A stretch of 59,160 nucleotides of DNA, filler included, from Dirinaria sp. TL-2023a (lineage: Eukaryota), in NCBI GenBank assembly GCA_051941275.1. It is 8 parts of 8 records of this genome, joined end to end, with 100 filler letters (N's around TTAATTAATTAA, not from the genome) between each part and the next. Parts side by side here need not be neighbours in the genome. Positions count along the whole stretch, not along the records: positions 44,478 to 51,770 come from JAVEBF010001328.1; positions 51,871 to 59,160 come from JAVEBF010001329.1; 6 more parts are not named here. One strand, 5' to 3'. Under the pieces are notes generated by a model, which worked only from the letters and a program-made list of their open reading frames with translations, did not search any database and had not been told where the DNA came from. Both the position numbers and the translations under genes were made by a program. How positions within the stretch are numbered: the first letter of the stretch is position 1; each line of letters opens with the position of its first letter. Below are positions 48,228 through 59,160 of this stretch, one piece after another.

Positions 48228-50880
48228 ATGGAGCCACTATCCATCGGGGCATCCGTGGTGGGCTTGTTGGCAGCCGCCGCTAAAGTCTCGAAAACGCTGA
48301 CAACCTTCATCAATCGCACCCACAAAGCGCCAAAACTAGCCGAGAATGTTCTCATCCAGGTCTGTGATATCAGGACAGCTCTCACCCAGCTTCAAACTTT
48401 CATCAATGATACAACGACCGCGAATCCCTCTCGTAAACGCATGCTCATGCTGGATCAAATTGTTGTGACCATGACTCAATGTGTATCGGTCTTCTCGGAT
48501 CTCGAAGCTATTGTCAACTCCTTGAATACCGAGGATCCGAAACTGATCTGGGCTCGAGTGGCTTGGACGAGACAAGAAAGCCAAATTACTACGCTCTTGG
48601 AACGATTGCAGTGGTCCAAAACGTCGTTGAATTTGATGGTCTCCACCTTAACTTGGTGAGTTCGAATGAATTTACTCTGTACGTCGAGTGACTGAAACTC
48701 CCTAGCGATGCAGTGGGTGAAGCTGCTTCTGCGGTCGAGAGTCTATCGGCCCTTGTGCAACAAGTGCTGCAAAGCAACCAAGACTTGGCGTTACGCCTTG
48801 GTAATCTCGAAAGTTCATCTAGGAGCCACATACGGTCCTCATTCACCACACATAGAGGCGAGATTGGCGACGGCGTCTCAACCATCACTCCGGAACCACG
48901 AACGAGCTCCACTGCTGCGGAGAACATTGAACAGCGTAGCTTTGCCTTTGACTTTGACCTTGACTTGTACCAATCATGGGTCTATATTCGTGCAATGCGA
49001 CGCAAATCTCTTGAATCATTGCCGTCAACCGCAGAGAAATCCTTTGTGTGGTCCTGTCTCTCAGATTGGAGTCTTGATCAAGTCACCAACCTCTCAGTAA
49101 TATCGCTCCCCATCACCCGCGACCATGTGTCAAACAAAGACCATTACGCATCCGCAAAACCTCCAACATCCAATTCAAGTACTCCTAGGCCAATGATCAG
49201 ACCTGGACTGGGGCGTGCTCCTAGTGTATATCCCCCTAAGGCGTACTCTCAAGTCTTTCCTACCATCGATACTCCTAAGAAACGCATTGCGCTCTTGGGT
49301 ACGTATCATTCTTAGTTTACATGGTTCAGAATCAATCAATTTTCAAAGAATCGTTAAAGTAAATGTACCACAGAATATAGTTGTGACACTTTTGAATCTA
49401 ACATACTACATGTGCACATGATTGCTAACGCGCTCTGGAGGAACTCGATACTCTGGCAAAACGACGTTCAGCAGACAACTTAACTTTCTACACGGATATG
49501 AATTGTTAGACGAAGAACGTGGGAAGTTTCGTGATGTTATTACGCGCAACGTATTAGAAGCATTTGCATCGATCGAGTGTGGTAAGAGCTTTTCATATAA
49601 CAAAATTATGACGAATTTGCGCTTACAACACGTTGAAACCAGATAACGGGTTGACAGTCGAAGAGGTTCAAGTATATAGATTAGCTGCAATGCAACGAGA
49701 ACAGCTGATAGCTAATTTACAACTTTTCAGAATATCCACACAATCAAAGCGCATACAAGCTTTCTTGAGTCAATCGATCTCGAACAGCCACCGAACCAGG
49801 ATGCAGTAAGGGCTGCTCGAGCGCTAGCTCCTAATCCTTCAATTCGACGGCAAATGCAATTACAGGATGGCACGGGTGTCAACGCCAACATCAAAAGGTT
49901 GAAGACACCTCTCTACAATTATTTCGTTCTGAGACTCACAGAACTTGCAGCTTTTTGAACGATTTCGACACTCTTTCTTCTAGGGGATTCCTGGCTTCAG
50001 ATACGCAGATACTCCGTGCGAGGAAAAGCACGAATCAGATATCGAGCTCGACCGTGAAGTTTGACTCCGTCTATTATCGAATTTTGGATGTTGGCGGAGC
50101 ACGCTCTCAACGTTCCTATTGGCAGGACCATTGTATAGGTGCCGACCTTATCTTATTTACAGTGGCTTTAACAGGATACTGCCAATTCTTACCTGAGAAT
50201 AATGGCGTCGTAAGTTCTCATTCAGCCAAGCCCCTGCTTGCATCGTTGATAAGAAGCAGAGCGATCTAGAAGACTCGATGAACGAATTTCACATGCTGAT
50301 CAACAACTATTCATCGCCGATCATTCTTCTCTTCACGAAGCTTGACCTTCTAGGAGAGCGTCTTCGACACTTCCCATTCTCCCATTATTTTCCAATGTTT
50401 GGAAGTTCTATGCCTGATTGTTTCCCACGAAAACAGCTGGACTGCGTGACAATTTGCGAATTCATGGCAGACGAATTCAGTAAAGCGATGGCGGTCAGAA
50501 ATCCACACCGGTACATCTTTTTTACAAGCACAGTCGAAACGTCTTGCTTCAGAAAGACATTTGAGGACATTTGTGCCGTGGCGCTTTCACGCATCGAAAA
50601 TCAGCTTTCAAGCATCGGATATCATTTTTCAGATGAGCTGCGCCCATATGTTTACCGACAATCGCCGATCGACGCTCTTCAACGACTGAATACACCATGG
50701 CCTAATCTCCGCACTCGACCAGCTGAGAATAAATGGCGCATTTTGTTCGGTGCTTCGTTCAACCAATCCGACAACCTGCAGAGACTACCAGTGGGGTATT
50801 CGGATTTCGCAGCTGGAGGTAGCCCTAGTGACGTCGACACATTGAGTACAAATTACTTTTTTGAGGAGGAACGGGTATAG
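48228..50880 (+). CDS. Fusion of a fungal HeLo-like/PigL-N (STAND N-terminal-type) domain with an atypical heterotrimeric G-protein alpha domain, multi-exon
   Basis: MEPLSIGASVVGLLAAAAKVSKTL...ARVAWTRQESQITTLLERLQWSKTSLNLM; FDFDLDLYQSWVY linker; G1 LLG/TRYSGKTT, G2 ILRARKST, G3 DVGGARSQR, G4 LLFTKLDLL, G5-like FTSTVET. Confidence 0.8.
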
Positions 50881-51770
50881 TTTACTGGCTGTTAGATGAT
50901 GGCGGGATTTTCTGTTTTTATTCTCAGTCGTGGCGACATGGATGATATCCACCTGTTACGGAATGACAACGCGGAATGTCTAGATAACCCTCATCATTGT
51001 TCTAGAAGTTTCAGCAACAACTGATGTTATGTTTTCACTTTCAGAAGAGAAATGTGATTAAGTAAAATCTACATCGAGCATGCCATTATTAAAGATGCCT
51101 ACAAAACGACAATTTCCCAAATCAACATCGAAGCCAACCACAGACACAAATTCTCAGGCCAAACCAGGCCGCTCAAGAGGAGAAAAAAAAAAGCTGCTCA
51201 TCTAGCACCAGTCTATAACCGCGAAGAATCTCACGGTGACTCAAACGTGAATCTCAGCGTAGTTCCTGCTTCAATCATACATACAATCAGGATTGTACAT
51301 GCTCTAAACAGTATTATCTTCTCAATCTCTCTTTCTTTTTTAGATTCCATAATCTTGCACTAACATCAAATCTATAAGAATCTATCAAGACGACATTCAA
51401 CTCGGAATCAGTGAAGCATCCCGCGGGAAGAAATGATTAATATCGAATTATTTCAGTAGAAATATGGATTTAAAAGCAGCTAGTCGCTCCTGCGGCGGAA
51501 ATTGAAATTTCAGTCGAGTTGAGAAGATGATATTTGATCGGATGATTTGTAGATTCTCAAGCCCAATCTCGAAGAGCGCTTCGAAAATACAGGTCACATT
51601 TTCAAAGAAAAATGGTGTATATAATGATAGCTTAACTCGCTTCGACCTTTCTTATATATTGCAGGTAGGAAAAACATCAACAGTGCATTACGTAGACTAC
51701 TAGAGTCTCGATCTCTTTACGTGAAACTTTGTGCTCGGCGTTCAGGCAGGAAAGTTCAATGAAGTTGGAT

Positions 51771-51870
51771 NNNNNNNNNNNNNNNNNNNNNNNNNNNNNN
51801 NNNNNNNNNNNNNNTTAATTAATTAANNNNNNNNNNNNNNNNNNNNNNNNNNNNNNNNNNNNNNNNNNNN
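51771..51870. other. Artificial contig linker
   Basis: N44-TTAATTAATTAA-N44. Confidence 0.99.
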
Positions 51871-51976
51871 CATTGATTGAGGTATTATTGTTTTGAGGCG
51901 TAGAGAGTGATGCTGCTGCTGCCAGAGCTGCGGAAAGGAGGAGGAGGAGAAGAGGGAGAGACGCTGCCGACCGCAT
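51871..51976 (-). CDS. 5' fragment (signal peptide) of a secreted protein, cut by the linker
   Basis: MRSAASLPLLLLLLSAALAAAASLSTPQNNNTSIN open to the contig end. Confidence 0.55.
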
Positions 51977-53688
51977 CTTGCTGAGGTAGAACTCCTGCTT
52001 CGACGTTTGGGAGGATGGTTGATGTAGCTGTCTATGACGGCGAATATGAAAATTTAGGAGTCGAGAGAATATCGTTATTTTGTATTGGTCGGGTTGTGGG
52101 TTACGTTTGTGTACAAAGAAGGGTAGAACAAAGAATCGTGTTTGCGCTTTGAGAGCTTGTTGGCTTTGTTTTTATAGTCGGCCAGCATTGGTACAATAGT
52201 CATTGACAAACAAAGTTCTTGTTTCAGCTCTCAAAGCGTGGGCTAACAATGTGACTCTTGATGTGATTTGTAAATCATAGCATTTGCCGAGCGCTGTATA
52301 TTTGGTTTTGGAATGATGTGAATACTGAATCAGTAGTAGATGCTGTTCCTAGAGTGTTTCCTAACGAGTCCGCAGCGTGTGAACAACTCACTCCATCATG
52401 TTTTGAAAGGTACCTTCACGTGCCTTTTTTTCTATGCTACGAATGAGTTCTGACCTCGTCAAATCTGCTGCGCAGTGGCTTGGACATTACCTTCAAATCC
52501 TTGCTGTGGATTTTTGAGGACTGCGATGTCATTCAATAGTGATACATCTCTTGTGACTGCGTCTGGACAAATTTTACATCTTAACAAGTATTGTTCATCA
52601 AAGCACTGAATTGCGCTCTTGCGAGACCCAGCAGAGCTGGAACCTTGCTGCGTACTCCATGCCTTTCTGAGCTATCGAACGAGGTTGAGAGTGAAAATTT
52701 GTATAGATGTTTCTCCTAATGTTCGGTTAGCTGATGGCCAAACGTTCTAAACACGATTTTCTACATTGGTTTCTGAGAGGTGAGCCAAGTGGCCGAGACT
52801 GTTGCCAGCCCTACCTTTGCGGGAATTATACAAACCCTACTATAACCCTACTTATTATCTAGGTATGACTTGTCTTATCTATGAAACTAATTTCCTGCAC
52901 TCACCTTCTGTAGGTGTCTAGGTGACTTTAGTAAACTGTTTCGACCGGCCAGAGTCCGACTCGTCAATGGCCTGTTTGTCAATTCCACCATGAGTCCCTT
53001 ACCACCTCTTATCTTATTAAAGAAGTACCAAGCTCCACACGGGCACTTCGGTCAGGCACGGATCACCGAGATATCAGCCACCAACAAGCCACCCTGAATC
53101 CTCCATTAATCATATTAATCATATTCCCCGCCTGCACTTATATAATTCATTCGTCTTGAGCCTTGATCCAGCGGGCCCCTGAAAGAGTGCGCGTTACCAT
53201 GATCCGTCCGCGGGGAATGCTACTCTCCGTCACAGTCTCGTAGCCAACCGCTATTGGCGATAGCTGTATTTACTGAAGCTCAGACTCGCGATCATGAGCC
53301 TGAAACCCAGCAACGAGTTCCATTCGAACATGAGTAGCAAGATTCGATGCGCCCGTGAAATACTGTTAAGCCGCGACTCTGCGCATGCGAGGCGTCAGTT
53401 AAATGACATCAAGCCTACGATCGGCAGGACTTGGAGGCATCATATTTTCTTCGACTTTGATTGGCTAAAGTTCTAGGGATTGGCAATCACAGGCACAAGA
53501 CTTCAAGGATGATTAAGAAGCTTTACGAGCAGGATGCGGTAGGATCGCTACTAAACGAATGCGACCGACTCTCATGATCCCTTGCAGGCCTTATTTCCCG
53601 ACCATGCTTTGTATACACATACACATCGGCCGCGCTTCATCAACGCAACGTCCACGGTAGTCTTCACCTTACACTACAGTCATCCAGA

Positions 53689-54928
53689 ATGCACTTTACC
53701 CGTTACTACTCAGCTTCGGCCCTGGCGCTCATTGCTGCGATATGCGCGGCAGCTGCTGCGCACAAATCTAAGGCAACTTTTTCGAAACCCGCCTCTACCG
53801 TTAGTGGCGATTCGAGATGTTTCGAGCAGACTATCAAGGTCAATGCTGTTACAAATAATTTCAAGATCCTCATGGATTCGCCTGCCAACCAGACCGCCGT
53901 CACTGAAACCTTCGTAGAACTGCTCCAGAACAACTCCAATCTCTTTGCGAGGGTCAACGGCGGACGAAACACGATCCAGGACACTTATAATATCTATGGA
54001 AAGCTTTGTATCCCATCCAGTCCTAAAAGTTCAGAGATGATCAACACAATACAGTTCCTCACTCACGGAGATACGTTAGACAGTACCTATTGGGATATTG
54101 CCCCAGGTTATAGTTATATAGACGCGGTAGTTGCTGCAGGCTACGCCACGTTCTCTTACGACCGGATTGGCGTTGGTCGATCAGAGCATCCGGATCCATC
54201 GCAAGTCGTGCAAGCACCACTCCAAGTCGAAATCGCCCATGCGCTTGTTGCTCTAATCAGAGATTCGAAGATCGGACCCTATTCGTTCAAGAATGTTGTT
54301 GGTGTGGGCCATTCTGCTGGCTCGACTGTGACGCAAGGTGTTACTACAAAATATCCACAAGACTTCGATGCAGTGATCCTTACTGGTACTTCAACCTCTG
54401 CGGGTTTTGTGAATACGGCTGTCGCCTCATTCGATCTCACCATTGCGAACCATGATCCTTCTCAGAAATTTTCTGGCCTTCCAAACGGATATTTGGTCCA
54501 GCCGCTTGCACAATCCATCCAATTCCCATACTTTCGCTTCCCTAATTTTAATCCAAAGAGTGAGTTTTGACCTTGCTAGGCTGACCATTACCTTCACTAA
54601 CCCCACCCAAGTTCTTTCAATAGAAGTCGCAAACAAGCAAACTCAGACCTTCGGCGAGCTCCTCACACTGGGGACAATCGTCGCTCCTGCCACACATTTT
54701 CGAGGGCCTGTGGATGTGGTGCTTGGCGAGAATGATCTGGTCTTCTGTGGCGGTGATTGTACGCAGCCCCAAGACCAGTCAGCCTTAGTTGTACCCGTCT
54801 TCTATCCTGCCGCAAGCAAATCACAGCACTACATTGTTCCGGGGTCAGGGCACGTTATATTCGCTCACTATTCCGCGCCCCAAGCTTTCGCGCACATGAC
54901 CAGTTTCTTGAAGACGAATAATATGTGA
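53689..54928 (+). CDS. Secreted alpha/beta-fold hydrolase (2 exons)
   Basis: Signal peptide; QFLTHG, GYATFSYDRIGVGRS, nucleophile motif VGHSAGS, GEND (acid), GSGH (His); intron about 54560-54611. Confidence 0.88.
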
Positions 54929-57437
54929 TAGGTGGCAGAATGGTTTCATTCTACAGGCACAACATGCATAGCAAGCGGCGCCTAATGTAGAATCCCTGAA
55001 ACGGCCTTGGTTGTCTCGAAATCGGGCCAGCGCCTGTCTATTCCTCCCTCTCCGAGACTTTTATTTACAGGATATTATGCACAGGTGTTCATTTTCTGCC
55101 TGCACTTTACTCCTGTTTCTCTTTATTACGGCACCAAGTAGTGTTCCTGGTACTAGTACCAGGTGGTTTTTCTAGCATCAAGCATCAAATTTTCGATCAA
55201 TACCCTACTTTCTCGTGCCAATGGAGAAGCTATTGGGGCTAGTGCGATCGCAATATCAGTCTTTTCGCCTGGCTACGGCGCGAATCTCCTTCTCAAGCAC
55301 TACCAAGCACCTTGAACACAAACGAAGCCTTTTCCGCCGCGTCATACACGCAGCTAAAGAATATAGCTGGACGAAGCGCGTTCAAGCGGACTTACTATCA
55401 TGCTGCCTCATGATTCATTTCGTGCGGTTCGGTCAATCGCGATCTGGGGATCTTCTCATTACTTCGTACCCAACATAGCACCGGCTTTGCGTTCGTACTG
55501 CAGAGCATCCAGTATCGGCGAGTAGCATATGAAGAGACGTTTGCCTACATCTACGCGTACCTATACCCTAAAAGACGGGTGGTCTGATATCCTATCACTA
55601 AAGGGAACGGCAAGCTAAAGGTGCCGCCTATCGCTTTCCGAGAGAGCCCCTCAGCCGCCCGTGCGGCTGAGCTAGTCATTCATCTCGGGCGCAAGTACGG
55701 GGTACCTTGCAGTACTCCGTATATTACTTCCAGGCGAGCGGGGAAGCCTTTGCCGCTCGCTGCCGCTAGTTGCCAACCTTTATTCAAACCGCCATCGTAA
55801 TCCGTTCATTCACGAATGACTCCCACGCCGCCTTATAATGACGGTAAGGAATCATCATTGGCTATGTGGTGGCGTTGGCGCCCCTCGATCATGCAACGCT
55901 GCACGCTGATCGCTACATTCCAATCAGAGCACATACGAGTCCGAGAATTTAAACGGACCTTCCTAACACGAGGTCTGGTCTGTGCCCTTCCTTTAGTATT
56001 CTACACATACAAGAGCGAAACGGAGACCAAAGACTATCTCGTCTGTCCTTGGAAGCTCACGCCGGGGCATTATATGTCCTTCAATGCTTTACGAAACATA
56101 TGTGATATTCAGCACGAAGACGCTCGTATAGAAGAAGATTCCAGCGTTGAGTATAATCCGTCAATGGCAACGAACGCAGATCGTTTCGAGCGGCCTGCTC
56201 GACATTTTTCCAGCTCTAGCCAACCTTATAATTAAAGCACGACTAAACATTCTACGTACTAGTCTACGTTATATCATTTCTCCTTTCTTCGCTCAAAAAA
56301 TAGCATAAGCACCGGTGAAACTAGGTTAGGAGGCTTCTCGCTTCCAGAAAAAGCATCAACAGGCATTCCTGTTCTGGTCAGGCCAAGCAGCCGCCTATTT
56401 GGTCGAAAAGGAGCTGGACAATGTCGAAGCGCAGTTTGAGAGCCGCTTTCTAGCGGCGGTAGACGAAATCAAGAGCGCTATTCATAAATTTTCTTAGCCG
56501 TTGGGAAAAGCTAAAAGCTGTCCTACTACCAATGAAGCTAGGTATGGAGCGGACGTTCAAGATATATGTCCTCCGAAGAGATGCGCCAGGGTTGCTATCG
56601 AGCGCGAAGTATAGGCCTATGTGGAGAAGGTTTTGGTCTGTCAGTTTGGAGAACGTCTTCTGCCCATCATTTGAGCTCTGATGGACATAGCGAGAAGAGG
56701 CGGACTTGAACGATTGGGAAGGATTCAGATAGTTGGTATTATTTTCTTGTGCTCAAAAAAAGAGTGAGAGAATTTGCTCGAGGGGAGTCGATTGCCGCAT
56801 TCGTTGGATCCGCCAACGAATCAATCAGGCTCGATTCTTTTGTAGAAGCGGTAAGCCACCGATACTATTCCCCGGCATCAGCCGAATAGAGAATATCGTG
56901 GATTTCCCACATACCAACCAAGTGGAGGAGGGAAAGGGCGACCTAGAGCAATTCTGACGAGCTGTATTCTGTTTTGACGACTTGTGTCGGATCATCGAGA
57001 AAGCTTCTGCCTTGATATGGGTCAAAGCGCTTAGCATAGACTCTGATTGATGTTCCATATCGCACTGCTGATTTTTCATTTCGATAGTCTCTCAGTTGAG
57101 ATATCAAGCAAGTGGTTATGAGATCTTGACATCGATACAGGCAGATTAAGGCTGACGAGAGCGTTTTGGGACACATGCGCTGGCAGTGCGGGACAATCAC
57201 AGGGGTTGCAACATTAGTGCCGATTGGCTAACTGATTTCCCCCGCCTAAGTCGATCCACTTCAGCCTCGTACTCGCCATCACGAACTATGTGAATATTGA
57301 CTGAACGACTACAACTTCCGAGGCAATCTCACGCGGGATCTCAGTTGAGAAAATTTTGAGAGTCATATCGCCTTGATATTCCTTCTGTGGATTCTTTAGC
57401 GACGATTTGCAATATTGCAAGGATCAACAAGCCCACG

Positions 57438-58354
57438 ATGGCATGGCAATCCCCTCCCGAACTGGATGAAGCAAAGTTGAGCCCTAGAGACCAACTGGCG
57501 GAAAATGTGCTGAGGTAACAAAACGCTCCCTTCACCGCTTGAGACGAGCACGCAGACGTACTAAGAGTGTGGTGCAAATCAGTCTGTTCAATTCAAGCGA
57601 GTACTCCGACCTTACGATTACATCTCGCAATAAGACGTTCAAAGTACACAAGGCTTTGGTCTGTTCTCGATCCGAGTATTTCCAAAAGGCGTGTAAGCAA
57701 GGGGTGTGGAAGGTATAACAGCAATCTATAGAGACGGCTCGGTGCGCTAAGACCGTCTTATAACAGGAAGGGCAAAATGCAGCGATCGATCTGCAAAAAG
57801 ATGAGGATATGCCTGTACAGATGGATGATCCCACTTTGCTGGAATACATGCTGCATTATCTCTATGGTCTAGACTACATGGAAGAGGAAAAGCCTAAGGA
57901 ATCCACGTGGGCCAGCAAGAGAGGTTCAAAGAAACACTTGAAGAAAAGAATGCCCGTAGAGTGGTTTGAGGACGAGCAGACCCCGCATGAAGAAGAGCCG
58001 ATACCGAGCAACTTCGAATCCGACGGCTCCAAAGGGATTTCTCTCGGCGGCAATGCTGCAGTACATGCACAAATGTGTGCAGTTGCAGACTTCTATGGTA
58101 TTCCTGATTTGCAAGAGGTTGCGCGGCGTAAATTCAGGATCGCGCTCGACAAGATTTATGACAGCCCGGGCATTGTCGAGGTTTTCAAACTTGTCTGCAA
58201 CCCCGATTTCCGAAGTGATGAAGTACTTCGCGAATGTATGGTAGACAAGATCGCGACAGATACCAACCTACTGGATGTGCCGGATATAGCGGAAATCCTG
58301 CAGGAGGATGGGCAACTAGCCCTAGCCATCATGAAGTGCATGCGCTTGAAGTAA
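57438..58354 (+). CDS. BTB/POZ-domain protein (3 exons)
   Basis: LFNSSEYSDLTITSRNKTFKVHKALVCSRSEYFQKAC..WK/EG..IDL..DDPTLLEYMLHYLYGLDY..HAQMCAVADFYGIPDLQEVARRKF. Confidence 0.88.
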
Positions 58355-59160
58355 TTTTTGCGAGTCGTTCTTTGGGAGACAGACTGCTTGGTCTTGCGCT
58401 GACGGCCGTATTCGCATTCAAAGCCTCTACTGAATGTGCTGTAATGATATTTCAATACAGATAAGCGTGCTTCTGATTGGATCTCTAATTAACGATCTAT
58501 GTGGATTCTCGAGGAATCCGAGATCTGACCAACTGTCCGCTCAAAACGGACGGCTGAAGGGGCGTGAAGAGAAAAGAGAAGTCGACACCGAGAAGTAGCG
58601 GAATACATCTTCTGTTGTAGCAGAATATACTCAAAATCAACCAACAATACGAAACTTAATTCCGTGGCAAAGCACGATCTGTCAATTGACTCAATGAAGT
58701 AGGCGTATTCCATGAGCGATCCACACACAAGTTAAAAAGAGAAGTGTCTGGATAGATGCTAAGATAGTACGTACATGCCTGCATACAATTACTTCACACT
58801 TGCATATGAATATCATCTCAAGTGATAATGCGTCATATCGACATTACAGAAGAAAAAGATATCCGATTTCTTCGCTCCAACTGAGGTCCGGTCGAATATA
58901 CTAGCCCCATACAGAACGGACCTTTTTCCTCAAGCCACTTCTTTTCTTTTCTCTCTCGTGTTTATAATATTAAATAATATTTAGAAATACATTCATCCTC
59001 TGCCCCTCCATATTAAACTAGCTAGTCAGTATAAAACCATGCCCAATACCTTGTTGATTCACTATACATATCATATCACAAAATCCCTCAGCTCAACTCT
59101 GTATATAACTCATACGCATACAAAAAAAAATCATCCATCTCCCTCCCGTCTCCCCCTGTC

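Noticed and set aside
1..59160. CRISPR arrays, rRNA, tRNA, autonomous transposase or retroelement ORFs
   Set aside because: None recognisable by eye; a tRNAscan-SE/Infernal run would be needed to exclude small RNA genes

Overview
Eukaryotic, intron-containing DNA from a filamentous ascomycete (Pezizomycotina); the species cannot be determined from this sequence. The window is not one locus. It is eight contigs of steadily decreasing length (7345, 7341, 7301, 7297, 7297, 7296, 7293, 7290 bp) joined by an artificial 100-nt linker (44 N + TTAATTAATTAA + 44 N), so gene neighbourhoods are meaningful only within a contig. Housekeeping genes: WW-domain protein, EDE1, PRI1, RRP6, LYR-motif protein, NAT4, GAB1/PIG-U, NOP7, RMT2. 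Accessory genes: a divergent UbiA-type terpene cyclase-like + cytochrome P450 pair with a PTH11-like membrane protein; an intronless protein made of five tandem ~60-aa repeats resembling the TFIIF-alpha C-terminal winged helix; a membrane-anchored pepsin-like protein missing one catalytic Asp; an F-box-like protein; a dienelactone hydrolase/SnoaL-like protein; a secreted CrtC/Diels-Alderase-like protein; a catalase-like heme protein; a HeLo-like/PigL-N + atypical G-alpha fusion; a secreted alpha/beta hydrolase; a BTB protein. There are two non-autonomous DNA transposons (a TA-flanked MITE with telomere-like arms; an 8-bp-TSD hAT-like element) and stacked TA-CCT-TA/TA-AGG-TA motifs that look like excision footprints. 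All family calls come from recognising motifs by eye, not database searches. Exon models were built by hand.
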